Shown here in pieces: positions 26,256 to 36,168 of a stretch of 64,000 bases of DNA (positions within the stretch are counted from its first letter, which is position 1; every line of letters begins with the position of its first letter). The stretch covers positions 1 through 64,000 of the forward strand of contig JBNJGY010000003.1 of assembly GCA_051748045.1 (NCBI GenBank), read 5' to 3'. Made by a program: the position numbers and the translations under genes. The notes beneath the pieces are model-generated. The model made no database searches. It was not told the DNA's origin and saw nothing but the letters and a program-made list of their open reading frames with translations. The DNA comes from Thermotogota bacterium (GTDB lineage Bacteria; Thermotogota; Thermotogae; Petrotogales; Petrotogaceae).

Positions 26256-29200
26256 TTGAACACCCGCACATTAAAAGTGGGAAAAAGAGAAAGAGATTTT
26301 TTTGGAAAGGTACATGAAGATTTTAGAATGTATGATAATTTGATAAAAATTCAAAAATCTTCATTTGATGAATTTTTAGATACAAGGTTAAAAGAAACTA
26401 TCAAAAAATTCATGCCGTTAACTATTCCAGTAAAAACCTCTTCGAAGAAGACAAAAGAAATTCTTTTAGATTTTACTGATGTAAAATATGAAGATCCAAT
26501 TATGGGTGAAGAAGAGTGTAAGGCTAAAAACCTTACTTATTCAGGTAGAACTTTTTTAACAGTACAGTTAACAGATACTTCTACTGGTGAAACATTGGAA
26601 AAAGAAGATGTTTTCCTTTGTAATGTACCTTACATGACAGATAGGGCTGTGTTCATTATAAACGGTGCTGAAAGAGTTGTTGTAAACCAGTTAGTTAGAT
26701 CTCCAGGGATTTATTTCGTTAAAGAAGAGGAAAAAGATTCAAACAAAGAAATGTTTATAGCTCATTTTTTACCAGTTAAAGGGGCTTGGTTAGAGATTAT
26801 TTTTAATCCGAATCCTGGTAAAGAAGTTTTACAAATTAGAATAGATAGAAAAAGAAAATTTAATTTCTTTTTGTTTTTAAAAGCTCTTGGTTATGAAAAT
26901 GACTTAGATATATTAGATTTATTCCCTACAAAAATATCTTTGAATGATGAAGTTGATATTGAAAATTATTCTGATAGCACAGTTCTTTCGGATCATCATT
27001 TCAAAGAACTTGAAGAAATGGAACCTTCAAGAACAACTGTAAGAGGAATGAAATTATCTGAAGCAAAAGAACTATTAGAAAACTATGGAATAGAAGAAAT
27101 AACAGTTTCTAATAGAGTAGCTCAAATGACTTTGGATAAAATGAAAAAAAGATATGAAAAAGAAGGAGATTTAACTTCCTTAGAAGCATATAAAGAAATG
27201 TTCATAAAATTAAGACCATCAGAAATACCAAGAGGTCAAAAAGCAAAAGAAGAACTCGATGAAATGTACTTCAACCCTGAAAAATTTGATTTTTCAGATA
27301 TTGGAAGACAAAAAGTAGTCACAAGTTTAAAAGAAGAATACCACAAATATGTAACTGAAGTAGAGAATAGAAATTTATCAGAAGAAGACCTTAACAATTT
27401 AAAATATCCAGTTGAATCGATGGCTATAGAAGCCATGGATATTGTTTTATCTGCTAGACATCTTCTTGAATTAGAAGAAAATCCTGATGCGCTAGATACA
27501 AGAGACCATTTAGGAAATAAAAGAGTTAGATCTGTTGGAGAATTAATGCAGCTAGAATTTGAAAAAGCATTTTCAAAGATGATTCAACACATTCCAGAAA
27601 AAGTTGCTATGTCTCAAACTTTAAATAAAATAAATCCTCAATCACTAATTAATTCCAGGGCAATAATGACAGCATTCCATCAATTTTTTGCTACTTCTCA
27701 ATTAAGTCAATTTATGGATCAAATAAATCCTTTATCAGAATTGACCCATAAAAGAAGATTATCTGCAATAGGTCCTGGAGGGTTAAAGAGAGAACATGCT
27801 AAATTTGAGGTACGTGATGTTCATCATTCCCATTATGGTAGAATGTGTCCAATAGAAACTCCAGAAGGAGCGAACATTGGACTTATAACCTCTTTAGCTA
27901 TTTTGTCAAAAACAGATGAATATGGGTTTTTGAAGTCACCATATTTTAAAGTGAAAAAAGCTAAAGTATTGGATGATAAAATAATCTATTTGTCTGCTGA
28001 TGAAGAAGAAAATTATAAGATAGCTCCAGCTTCTGTAGATAAAGATAAAAATAAAAATTTAGATTCAGAATTTGTTGAATGTAGATATCAAGGAAAAGTA
28101 TCTTTTTATCACAGAGACGAAGTAGAATATATAGCTGTTACACCAAAACAAATCGCTTCTGTTTCAGCCTCACTTGTGCCTTTCTTAGAGCATGATGATG
28201 CTAACAGAGCGCTTATGGGATCAAATATGCAAAGACAAGCTGTACCTGTTTTATATCCTGATGCTCCTTATGTTGGTACAGGTGTTGAATGGCTTGCAGC
28301 AAGAGATTCAGGTTATTTAATAATTTCAAAACATAAAGGTATAGTTCAAAGTATTGATGGAAGGCATATTGTAATAGCTAGAACAGATGAAAATGATGAA
28401 TACATTACAGATAAAAATGATGAAAGAGTTATAGATGAATATAGAGTTGTAAAATACACAAGATCAAATCAAGATAGTTGTATAAACCAAAGACCAATAG
28501 TTAAACCTGGAGAAAAAGTTGAAAAAGGAACTGTTTTAGCTGATGGTCCTTCAACTGATATGGGTGAACTAGCTTTAGGACAAAATATTTTGGTTGCTTT
28601 TGTACCTTGGGAAGGTTACAATTTTGAAGATGCTATTGTAGTGTCAGAAGAATTGTTGGAAAAAGATAAATTTACTTCTATTCACATAGAAGTTTACGAA
28701 ACTAAATCCATGGATACACAGTTAGGCCCTGAAGAAATTACAGCTGATATACCTAACGTTAAAAAAGAACTATTAAGAAACCTTGATGAAGACGGAATTG
28801 TTAGAGTTGGTTCTTATGTTTCTTCTGGGGATATACTTGTAGGTAAAGTCACCCCAAGAGGGGAATCAGAAACCTCTCCAGAAGAAAAATTAATTAAATC
28901 TGTATTTGGAGATAGAGGTAGAGATGTAAAAGATTCATCATTGACATTACCTCATGGAATTGAAGGTAGAGTTTTAGATGTTCAAGTTTTTGATAGAAGA
29001 GACATACCTAATTTAGACATTGGCGTAAACAAATATGTAAAAGTTTATATAGCGACTAAAAAACCTCTTCTCGCAGGTGATAAACTTGCAGGAAGACACG
29101 GTAATAAAGGTGTCGTATCAAATATATTACATAAAGAAGATATGCCGTTTTTACCAGATGGAACACCAGTACAGATGATGCTTTCTCCGTTAGGAGTTCC

Positions 29201-29819
29201 TTCACGTATGAACATAGGGCAGGTATTAGAATTACACCTTGGTTGGCTATCTAGCTTAACTGGAGATGTATATGCCACACCTATATTTGATGGTGCTTCA
29301 GAAGAGGAAATAATGAATGAACTTCATAGGAAAAGAAAAGAAATGGGACTTGATCTTGGAGAAAAAGATAATGATATTACTGGTAAAGTAATTTTAAGAG
29401 ATGGAAGAAATGGTGAACCTCTAGATTCTCCAGTGGATATAGGATATATGTACATGCTGAGACTTTCTCATATTGCAAAAGATAAATTACATGCTAGAGC
29501 AACAGGTCCTTATTCATTGATACATCAACAACCTCTAGGTGGTAAAGCTCATTTTGGGGGACAAAGATTTGGAGAAATGGAAGTATGGGCATTAGAAGCT
29601 TATGGAGCGGCTCATACATTAACAGAAATGCTAACCTATAAATCTGATGATATAAGAGGTAGAAACGAAGTTTATAAAGCTATATTAAAGGGAGAAAACC
29701 TTCCTGAACCAGGAATTCCAGAAAGTTTTAAAGTTTTAGTAAAAGAACTTCAAGGCTTAATGTTAGATGTAAAATTATTTGATGAGGACGGTAATGAATT
29801 AGACGTCGACAAGCTTTAA
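26256..29819 (+). CDS. rpoB: RNA polymerase beta subunit
   Basis: INGAERVVVNQLVRSPG, SQFMDQINPLSELTHKRR, GDKLAGRHGNKG and GGQRFGEME motifs; TTG 26256 fits the RBS. Confidence 0.99.
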   Translation: MNTRTLKVGKRERDFFGKVHEDFRMYDNLIKIQKSSFDEFLDTRLKETIKKFMPLTIPVKTSSKKTKEILLDFTDVKYEDPIMGEEECKAKNLTYSGRTFLTVQLTDTSTGETLEKEDVFLCNVPYMTDRAVFIINGAERVVVNQLVRSPGIYFVKEEEKDSNKEMFIAHFLPVKGAWLEIIFNPNPGKEVLQIRIDRKRKFNFFLFLKALGYENDLDILDLFPTKISLNDEVDIENYSDSTVLSDHHFKELEEMEPSRTTVRGMKLSEAKELLENYGIEEITVSNRVAQMTLDKMKKRYEKEGDLTSLEAYKEMFIKLRPSEIPRGQKAKEELDEMYFNPEKFDFSDIGRQKVVTSLKEEYHKYVTEVENRNLSEEDLNNLKYPVESMAIEAMDIVLSARHLLELEENPDALDTRDHLGNKRVRSVGELMQLEFEKAFSKMIQHIPEKVAMSQTLNKINPQSLINSRAIMTAFHQFFATSQLSQFMDQINPLSELTHKRRLSAIGPGGLKREHAKFEVRDVHHSHYGRMCPIETPEGANIGLITSLAILSKTDEYGFLKSPYFKVKKAKVLDDKIIYLSADEEENYKIAPASVDKDKNKNLDSEFVECRYQGKVSFYHRDEVEYIAVTPKQIASVSASLVPFLEHDDANRALMGSNMQRQAVPVLYPDAPYVGTGVEWLAARDSGYLIISKHKGIVQSIDGRHIVIARTDENDEYITDKNDERVIDEYRVVKYTRSNQDSCINQRPIVKPGEKVEKGTVLADGPSTDMGELALGQNILVAFVPWEGYNFEDAIVVSEELLEKDKFTSIHIEVYETKSMDTQLGPEEITADIPNVKKELLRNLDEDGIVRVGSYVSSGDILVGKVTPRGESETSPEEKLIKSVFGDRGRDVKDSSLTLPHGIEGRVLDVQVFDRRDIPNLDIGVNKYVKVYIATKKPLLAGDKLAGRHGNKGVVSNILHKEDMPFLPDGTPVQMMLSPLGVPSRMNIGQVLELHLGWLSSLTGDVYATPIFDGASEEEIMNELHRKRKEMGLDLGEKDNDITGKVILRDGRNGEPLDSPVDIGYMYMLRLSHIAKDKLHARATGPYSLIHQQPLGGKAHFGGQRFGEMEVWALEAYGAAHTLTEMLTYKSDDIRGRNEVYKAILKGENLPEPGIPESFKVLVKELQGLMLDVKLFDEDGNELDVDKL

Positions 29820-29831
29820 AAAATTCAATTA

Positions 29832-29859
29832 AGTTGCCATGGATAAACCTGTGGCAACT
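29832..29859 (+). other. Intergenic stem-loop between rpoB and rpoC
   Basis: AGTTGCCATGG-ATAAAC-CTGTGGCAACT; only a weak T tract follows. Confidence 0.7.
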
Positions 29860-29917
29860 ATTTATAAAATTATAATAAAAATAATATATAAATAAAAACC
29901 CTCAAGGAGGGAAGAGA

Positions 29918-32900
29918 ATGGCTAAAGTTTCTTCATTTCAGAGAAAGATTTCAAAAGTAAGAGTTGGATTAGCTTCTCATAAGACAATAAAAAGTTGGTC
30001 AAATGGTGAAGTAAAAAAACCGGAAACTTTAAATCACAGAACAAGTAAACCAGAAAAAGACGGATTATTTTGCGAAAAAATATTTGGTCCTACAAAAGAT
30101 TATGAATGTTCTTGTGGGAAGTATAAAGGGAAAAAATATGAGGGTACAGTGTGTGAAAGATGTGGAGTTAAAGTAGAATCAAAAGATTCAAGAAGAAGAA
30201 AAATGGGTCATATTGAATTAGCAACTCCTGTTTCACATATATGGTATTTAAAATCATCACCTTCAGTATTATCAATAATATTAGGAAATACAGTAAAAGA
30301 TTTAGAAAACATAATATACTATGGTTCAAAAAGAATTATAGAAAGAGCATACTTAACACTTGCAAATGAAAATCAAGAAAAAGACCTGGACTATTATCCA
30401 GGAGAAATCTTATATCAAAGAGAATATGAAATATATTCTCAATACATAGACATAGCAGTAGCTCCTGCAATAAAGATTGCAAGAGTTAAAGGTATGCCAA
30501 CTTCAAAAATAGCAGGTACAGTAGAAATCAAAACAGAAATGACTCATACAGATAGAGAGCTTACCTGGGTTACTGTAAAAGATGAAGATGGAACAGAAAT
30601 GAAATATCCAATATTTGAAGGTGCATCTTTAATGATAGAAGATGGACAAGAAATAGAAGAAGGGACACCACTTGCAGATAGATCTCTATTTGAAGAAGAT
30701 TTTCTAACACATGATGAATACACAATATTCTCAGAATACTATCCTGGAGATATTGAAATAGAAAGAGACATAGAAAGAGACACGCCAATAGTTGTAATAA
30801 CAGATATAGACAGAAGATTCTCAAAAAGAATGGGCAAGAAAATAGGGGATATTCTATTAGAAGATGAAGCAAGAGCATACGATGAAATAATGAGAATCTT
30901 AAACACAAAAATAAAACTACAAAGAGAAGAAATAGTAGGAAAAACAATAATAGATGATATAAGAATCAAAGACAAAATAATAGAAAAAGGAACAGAAATC
31001 ACTCAAGATTTATTAGAAGAGTTTCTTGACTTTGGAATAAAAGATGTATATGCAAAAGATGAAAACAATGTAGAAAAAATCTACCAGATAAACAGATATG
31101 AAACTTTCAAAGCATACTATGGAGCAGAAGCGATACATGACTTGTTGAAAAAGATAGATCTAGAGGTTTTAAAAGCAAAACTCGAAGCAGAAATAGAAAA
31201 ACTAGACAAGAGAAGCCAAAAAGCATTAAAATTACTTAAAAGACTAAAACTCATAAAAGACTTCATTCACTCAGGAAATAGACCTGAACATATGATAATA
31301 GATTTATTACCAGTAGTTCCACCAGATCTAAGACCACTTATACAAATAGACGGTGGGAGATTTGCTGCTACTGATTTAAACGATTTATATAGAAAAGTTA
31401 TAAACAGAAACAACAGACTTAAGAAATTAATGGACATGGAAGCTCCAGAGATCATAGTAAGAAATGAAAAAAGAATACTACAACAAGCTGTAGATAGCCT
31501 TATTTACAACGGAAGAGTTGGTAAAGCTATGACAGATAGATCAAAAAGACCATTAAGATCTCTTACAGACTTGTTGAAAGGTAAGAAAGGAAGATTCAGA
31601 AGAAATCTTCTTGGGAAACGTGTAGACTATTCAGGAAGAGCTGTTATAGCAGTTGGACCAGATTTAAAGATACACGAATGTGGATTACCTAAAAAAATGG
31701 CTCTTGAACTTTTCAAACCATTTGTCCTAGCAGAATTATTGAAAGATTCAAACGTTGCAAGTAAAAATGCAAGAAAATTGAAAAAAACAATAATCGAAAA
31801 AGAAATGCCACAAGCATGGGAAATTCTTGAAGAAGTAATAAAAGGACATCCTGTGATGCTTAATAGGGCACCTACACTTCATAGAATATCCATACAGGCA
31901 TTTATACCAAGATTAATAGAAGGAAACGCGATAAGATTACATCCATTGGTATGTCCACCGTTTAACGCGGACTTTGATGGAGACCAAATGGCTGTTCATG
32001 TACCTTTATCTACAGTATCCCAAGCAGAAGCAAAATTCTTAATGCTTTCTAGATACAACATAATATCCCCAGCAAACGGGAAACCTATTTCCATGCCAGG
32101 TAAAGATATGATAGCTGGATCATTCTATTTAACTATGCATGAAGATAAAGTATTCAATAAAGCAAAATTACCAAAGAAACTTGAAGATATTGGAAAAAAA
32201 GGATACGTAAAAAGACTGTATTCAAATACTTCAGAAGCAATATACGAACATGAATACTCAAAAGTAGTGGATTCTGGAGTATATTACAGTAAAGGGAAAT
32301 TTGAATGGAGAAAACCAAGAGTTACCCTTCATGATGTAATAGGATTCAAATCAGATGAAGGAAAAACATATAAAACAACAACAGGTAAGATCATATTCAA
32401 TTCATTTGTACCAGAAGAAATGAAAGACTATGAAACAAAAATGGACAAAAAAGGATTGAAAACATTATTATTCAAAACATTTAAAAAATATGGAATAGAT
32501 AGAACAGCAGAACTATTAGATGCTATAAAATCATATGGATTCCATTATTCAACAATATCTGGATTAACAATATCCATAAGAGACGTTCTAGTTTCACCAA
32601 AAAGGCAAAAAATTATAGACAGTTCACAAGAAGAAGTGTTCAACATAGAGGAACTATTTGAAGAAGGATACTTAACAGATAACGAAAGATATAAGGAAGT
32701 AGTAAAAGTATGGGAACAAACAACATCCAAAGTTACAGACGTTACAGCTGAAGAATACAGAAAACATACTTTTAATCCAATATGGATGATGGTTGATTCA
32801 GGAGCTAGGGGTAATATCGACCAGTTGAAACAGTTAGCTGGTATGAGAGGTCTTATGGCTGATCCGTCTGGTAAAATCATAGAAGTTCCTATAAAATCAA

Positions 32901-34852
32901 ACTTCAAAAATGGATTATCTGAATTAGAATTCTTTACATCCACACATGGTTCAAGAAAAGGATCAGCGGATACAGCTCTTAGAACAGCTACAGCTGGATA
33001 TTTAACAAGAAGACTTGTAGATGTTGCTCAATCTATGACTATTAACGAAACAGATTGTGGAACACACAGAGGAATTGTTGCTGAAGAACTATGGGCTGAT
33101 GATTCTAAAATTGAAAAATTATCTGATTTTTTATTTGGTAGGGTTCTTTCAGCTAATGCATTAGATCCTGAAACTGATGAAATTATAGAAAATCCAGAAA
33201 ATGGAAAATCATATGTAAGAGATACATTATTAGATGAAGACGATTCTATATTCATTGCTAATTACAAAAAAGATATAAAAGTATCAGAAGAAAAAGATTT
33301 AAATCTTAAAAAATTAATTGAAAACCTATACTACGAATCATTGGAAGAAAAAGAAGTTGACGGAGAAATAATAATAGAAAAAGGTGAGCAATTAACAAAA
33401 GAAACAGTAAATGAACTAATGATGCATGGAATTAAAACATTAAAAGTAAAAGAATATAAAGTTGTTGATTTTGTCCATGTTGGGGAACAAATAAAAGTAA
33501 CTGATGAAAATGACAATGAAATAGTAATATTAAAATATCAAGAAAAAATAGATATAAAAACAGCTAAAATTTTAGAAAAATATAAAGTAGAACATGTAGA
33601 AGTAAGACCACTTGTTTACATTAGATCACCACTAACTTGTGAATCAGATACTGGAATCTGTGCAAAGTGTTATGGAATGGATTTAAGTAACCATGAAATA
33701 GTAAGTATTGGTGAATCAGTTGGAGTTATAGCAGCACAATCAATAGGTGAACCAGGAACACAACTTACAATGAGAACATTCCATACAGGTGGAATAGCTA
33801 CTGCATCAGATATCACACAAGGTCTCCCAAGAGCTGAAGAATTGTTTGAAGCAAGAAAGAAACTAAAAGGTCCAGAAGGAATGTTTGCAAATATAAAAGG
33901 TATAGTAAAAGATATATCAAGGGAAGATACAGACAAGAGAAGTAAAAAACTACGATTTATAGTAGAAGGAATAAACGGAGAACTCGAAACTTACGAAGCT
34001 GATTACAGAACAAAACCAGTAGTAGCTATAGGAGACAGAGTTCTACCAGGAGAAAGATTGACTTCTGGAAATATAAAACCAAGAAGAGTACTAGGAGAAC
34101 TTGGCGTAGAAGCTGTATCGACATACTTGTTGAAAGAAATCAAAAAGATCTATGCAGAACAAGGTGTTGACATCCACGATAAACATTTTGAAATTATAAT
34201 AAGACAAATGTTGAACAAAGTAGAGATTACTGATGGTGGAGATACAAACTTTATGCCGGGAGACTTAGCACCTTATCATAAAGCTAGAAAAACAAATGAA
34301 TCAGTATTAGAAGAAAATTCATTCATAAGCGATAACAGAAAAGCTATAGTAGGCAAGAAGTTATCTAGAAGAGTTATTATACCAACAGAGAATGAAGATG
34401 AAGACGATGTTATTTTTTCAGTAGGAGAAGATATAACAAAAGATATGTTAGAAAAGATAATAGATGCAAAAATAAAAGAAATAGAAGTATATGAAGACTA
34501 TGAAGAAATAATAAACGAAGACGAAGAAATAGAAATAATAGGAACTAAAAAGGTTTATTTAGTAAATCCAAAAAATACAGTAAAATACGAAAGAAAACTA
34601 TTAAGAATAACAAAAGCATCACTTGAAAGAGAAGGATGGTTGTCAGCGGCTTCATTCCAACAAACAGTTCAAATATTAACAGAAGCAGCTATAGAAGGAA
34701 AAGACGATTACTTAAAAGGTCTAAAAGAAAACGTAATCGTGGGTCAACCGATTCCTGCTGGTACTGGTTTGAAAGTATATTCAGATTTAGGATATGAGAA
34801 TGTACCAGAAAAAGATATGAAAGATATTGAACAACAAAAAGACGTAGGATGA
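29918..34852 (+). CDS. rpoC: RNA polymerase beta' subunit with large lineage-specific insertions
   Basis: Zinc finger, NADFDGD, GEPGTQLTMRTFHTGG and SAASFQ motifs; 1644 aa. Confidence 0.99.
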   Translation: MAKVSSFQRKISKVRVGLASHKTIKSWSNGEVKKPETLNHRTSKPEKDGLFCEKIFGPTKDYECSCGKYKGKKYEGTVCERCGVKVESKDSRRRKMGHIELATPVSHIWYLKSSPSVLSIILGNTVKDLENIIYYGSKRIIERAYLTLANENQEKDLDYYPGEILYQREYEIYSQYIDIAVAPAIKIARVKGMPTSKIAGTVEIKTEMTHTDRELTWVTVKDEDGTEMKYPIFEGASLMIEDGQEIEEGTPLADRSLFEEDFLTHDEYTIFSEYYPGDIEIERDIERDTPIVVITDIDRRFSKRMGKKIGDILLEDEARAYDEIMRILNTKIKLQREEIVGKTIIDDIRIKDKIIEKGTEITQDLLEEFLDFGIKDVYAKDENNVEKIYQINRYETFKAYYGAEAIHDLLKKIDLEVLKAKLEAEIEKLDKRSQKALKLLKRLKLIKDFIHSGNRPEHMIIDLLPVVPPDLRPLIQIDGGRFAATDLNDLYRKVINRNNRLKKLMDMEAPEIIVRNEKRILQQAVDSLIYNGRVGKAMTDRSKRPLRSLTDLLKGKKGRFRRNLLGKRVDYSGRAVIAVGPDLKIHECGLPKKMALELFKPFVLAELLKDSNVASKNARKLKKTIIEKEMPQAWEILEEVIKGHPVMLNRAPTLHRISIQAFIPRLIEGNAIRLHPLVCPPFNADFDGDQMAVHVPLSTVSQAEAKFLMLSRYNIISPANGKPISMPGKDMIAGSFYLTMHEDKVFNKAKLPKKLEDIGKKGYVKRLYSNTSEAIYEHEYSKVVDSGVYYSKGKFEWRKPRVTLHDVIGFKSDEGKTYKTTTGKIIFNSFVPEEMKDYETKMDKKGLKTLLFKTFKKYGIDRTAELLDAIKSYGFHYSTISGLTISIRDVLVSPKRQKIIDSSQEEVFNIEELFEEGYLTDNERYKEVVKVWEQTTSKVTDVTAEEYRKHTFNPIWMMVDSGARGNIDQLKQLAGMRGLMADPSGKIIEVPIKSNFKNGLSELEFFTSTHGSRKGSADTALRTATAGYLTRRLVDVAQSMTINETDCGTHRGIVAEELWADDSKIEKLSDFLFGRVLSANALDPETDEIIENPENGKSYVRDTLLDEDDSIFIANYKKDIKVSEEKDLNLKKLIENLYYESLEEKEVDGEIIIEKGEQLTKETVNELMMHGIKTLKVKEYKVVDFVHVGEQIKVTDENDNEIVILKYQEKIDIKTAKILEKYKVEHVEVRPLVYIRSPLTCESDTGICAKCYGMDLSNHEIVSIGESVGVIAAQSIGEPGTQLTMRTFHTGGIATASDITQGLPRAEELFEARKKLKGPEGMFANIKGIVKDISREDTDKRSKKLRFIVEGINGELETYEADYRTKPVVAIGDRVLPGERLTSGNIKPRRVLGELGVEAVSTYLLKEIKKIYAEQGVDIHDKHFEIIIRQMLNKVEITDGGDTNFMPGDLAPYHKARKTNESVLEENSFISDNRKAIVGKKLSRRVIIPTENEDEDDVIFSVGEDITKDMLEKIIDAKIKEIEVYEDYEEIINEDEEIEIIGTKKVYLVNPKNTVKYERKLLRITKASLEREGWLSAASFQQTVQILTEAAIEGKDDYLKGLKENVIVGQPIPAGTGLKVYSDLGYENVPEKDMKDIEQQKDVG

Positions 34853-34864
34853 TTTTAATAATAT

Positions 34865-34891
34865 AGGGCAGCTATTTAGCTGCCCTTTTTT
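34865..34891 (+). terminator. rpoC terminator
   Basis: AGGGCAGCT-ATTT-AGCTGCCCT followed by TTTTT. Confidence 0.88.
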
Positions 34892-34894
34892 ATA

Positions 34895-34903
34895 TGATAT
34901 AAT
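34895..34903 (+). promoter_or_regulatory. Extended -10 promoter for mtnA
   Basis: TGaTATAAT immediately after the rpoC terminator. Confidence 0.6.
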
Positions 34904-34939
34904 ATCCTTAGTTAAAAAAACAGGGAGGTTATTTACTAT

Positions 34940-35995
34940 ATGAATAATACTATTAAAACGAAAACAATGGAATGGAATGGAAAAGAGTTGATTTTAATTG
35001 ATCAGAGATATTTACCTTTAGAGGAAACCTACATTAATTGCAAAAGCCATGTTGAAGTAGCTGATTCAATAAGAGACATGGTTGTTAGAGGAGCTCCTGC
35101 AATAGGAGCAACAGCTGCGTTCGGTATGGCTATAGCTTCATCTGAGTTTGAAGGATTAAATAAGAAAGAATATAAAGATAAAATGATTGAAGCAAAAAAA
35201 TTGCTAGCATCTACAAGACCAACTGCTGTTAATTTATTTTGGGCACTAAAAAGAATGATAAAAAAAATTGATGAAAATTTGGGAAATAATAATCTAAATG
35301 AATTAACAGAAATTTTAAAACATGAAGCTTTAAAAATTGCTTATGAAGATATTGAGATTAACAAAGCAATGGGGAAAAATGGAGCCAAGTTGCTAAATGA
35401 TGGAGATACCGTTTTAACTCATTGTAATGCAGGAGCTCTTGCAACAGTTGATTATGGTACAGCTCTTGGGGTTATTAGAGCAGCTATTGAAGATGGGAAA
35501 AATATTTCTGTTTTTGCTGATGAAACAAGACCTTATTTACAAGGGGCAAGGTTAACTGTTTGGGAATTAGTACAAGATAAAATTGAAACTACATTAATAT
35601 CTGATAATATGGCTGGATGGGTAATGAAAAAAGGGAATATAGATGCTGTCATAGTAGGTGCTGATAGAATAGCTGAAAACGGAGATGTTGCAAATAAAAT
35701 AGGTACTTATTCAGTTGCATTATTGGCAAAAGAACATGGTATACCTTTTTATGTTGCAGCTCCTTTATCAACTATTGATCTAGAAACTGCAACAGGAGAA
35801 GAAATTCCTATAGAAGAAAGAAATAGAAATGAAGTTAGGTATTGCCATAAATCACAATTAGTTGATGATTCTATAAATGTTTATAATCCAGCTTTTGATG
35901 TAACTCCTAATGAATTAGTAAGCGCTATAATTACAGAAAAGGGAGTTGTTAAAGGTAACTATAAAGAAGGACTAAAAAAATTATTTGATAAATAA
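34940..35995 (+). CDS. mtnA: S-methyl-5-thioribose-1-phosphate isomerase
   Basis: VRGAPAIG, RPTAVNL, THCNAGALAT, ETRPYLQGARLT and NPAFDVTP motifs. Confidence 0.96.
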   Translation: MNNTIKTKTMEWNGKELILIDQRYLPLEETYINCKSHVEVADSIRDMVVRGAPAIGATAAFGMAIASSEFEGLNKKEYKDKMIEAKKLLASTRPTAVNLFWALKRMIKKIDENLGNNNLNELTEILKHEALKIAYEDIEINKAMGKNGAKLLNDGDTVLTHCNAGALATVDYGTALGVIRAAIEDGKNISVFADETRPYLQGARLTVWELVQDKIETTLISDNMAGWVMKKGNIDAVIVGADRIAENGDVANKIGTYSVALLAKEHGIPFYVAAPLSTIDLETATGEEIPIEERNRNEVRYCHKSQLVDDSINVYNPAFDVTPNELVSAIITEKGVVKGNYKEGLKKLFDK

Positions 35996-35996
35996 T

Positions 35997-36045
35997 AAAA
36001 AGAATCTCCTTGATGTTAAAAATAAACTTGAAGGAGATTCTTTTT
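35997..36045 (+). terminator. Terminator after mtnA
   Basis: AAAAAGAATCTCCTT...AAGGAGATTCTTTTT with a long loop. Confidence 0.7.
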
Positions 36046-36168
36046 ATTTCGTATATTGTCAGTTAATTCTTATAATGAGCTATTTATTTTAAAGTAGGTA
36101 GATTTTATTTTTATTTGATTATATAATATAATGGATAAAATATTTAAAAGTAGGGAGGGGTTTGATTT

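Noticed and set aside
27680..27790. rpoB rifampicin-resistance region checked for resistance alleles
   Set aside because: Positions equivalent to Q513, D516, H526 and S531 are wild type; only a conservative L533I-type change is present.
29918..34852. Inteins as the cause of the long RpoC, or in DnaE, RadA or the helicase
   Set aside because: No C/S...HN-C/S/T splice junctions or LAGLIDADG motifs seen; the inserts are BBM2/SBHM-like modules.
34892..34939. Possible SAM riboswitch ahead of mtnA
   Set aside because: The leader is only about 30 nt and AT-rich; there is no room for an aptamer.
36085..36156. Near-repeat TATTTTAAAGTAGG / TATTTAAAAGTAGG upstream of the ABC-2 exporter
   Set aside because: The second copy runs into the RBS and the sequence is AT-rich; there is no adjacent regulator to support an operator.
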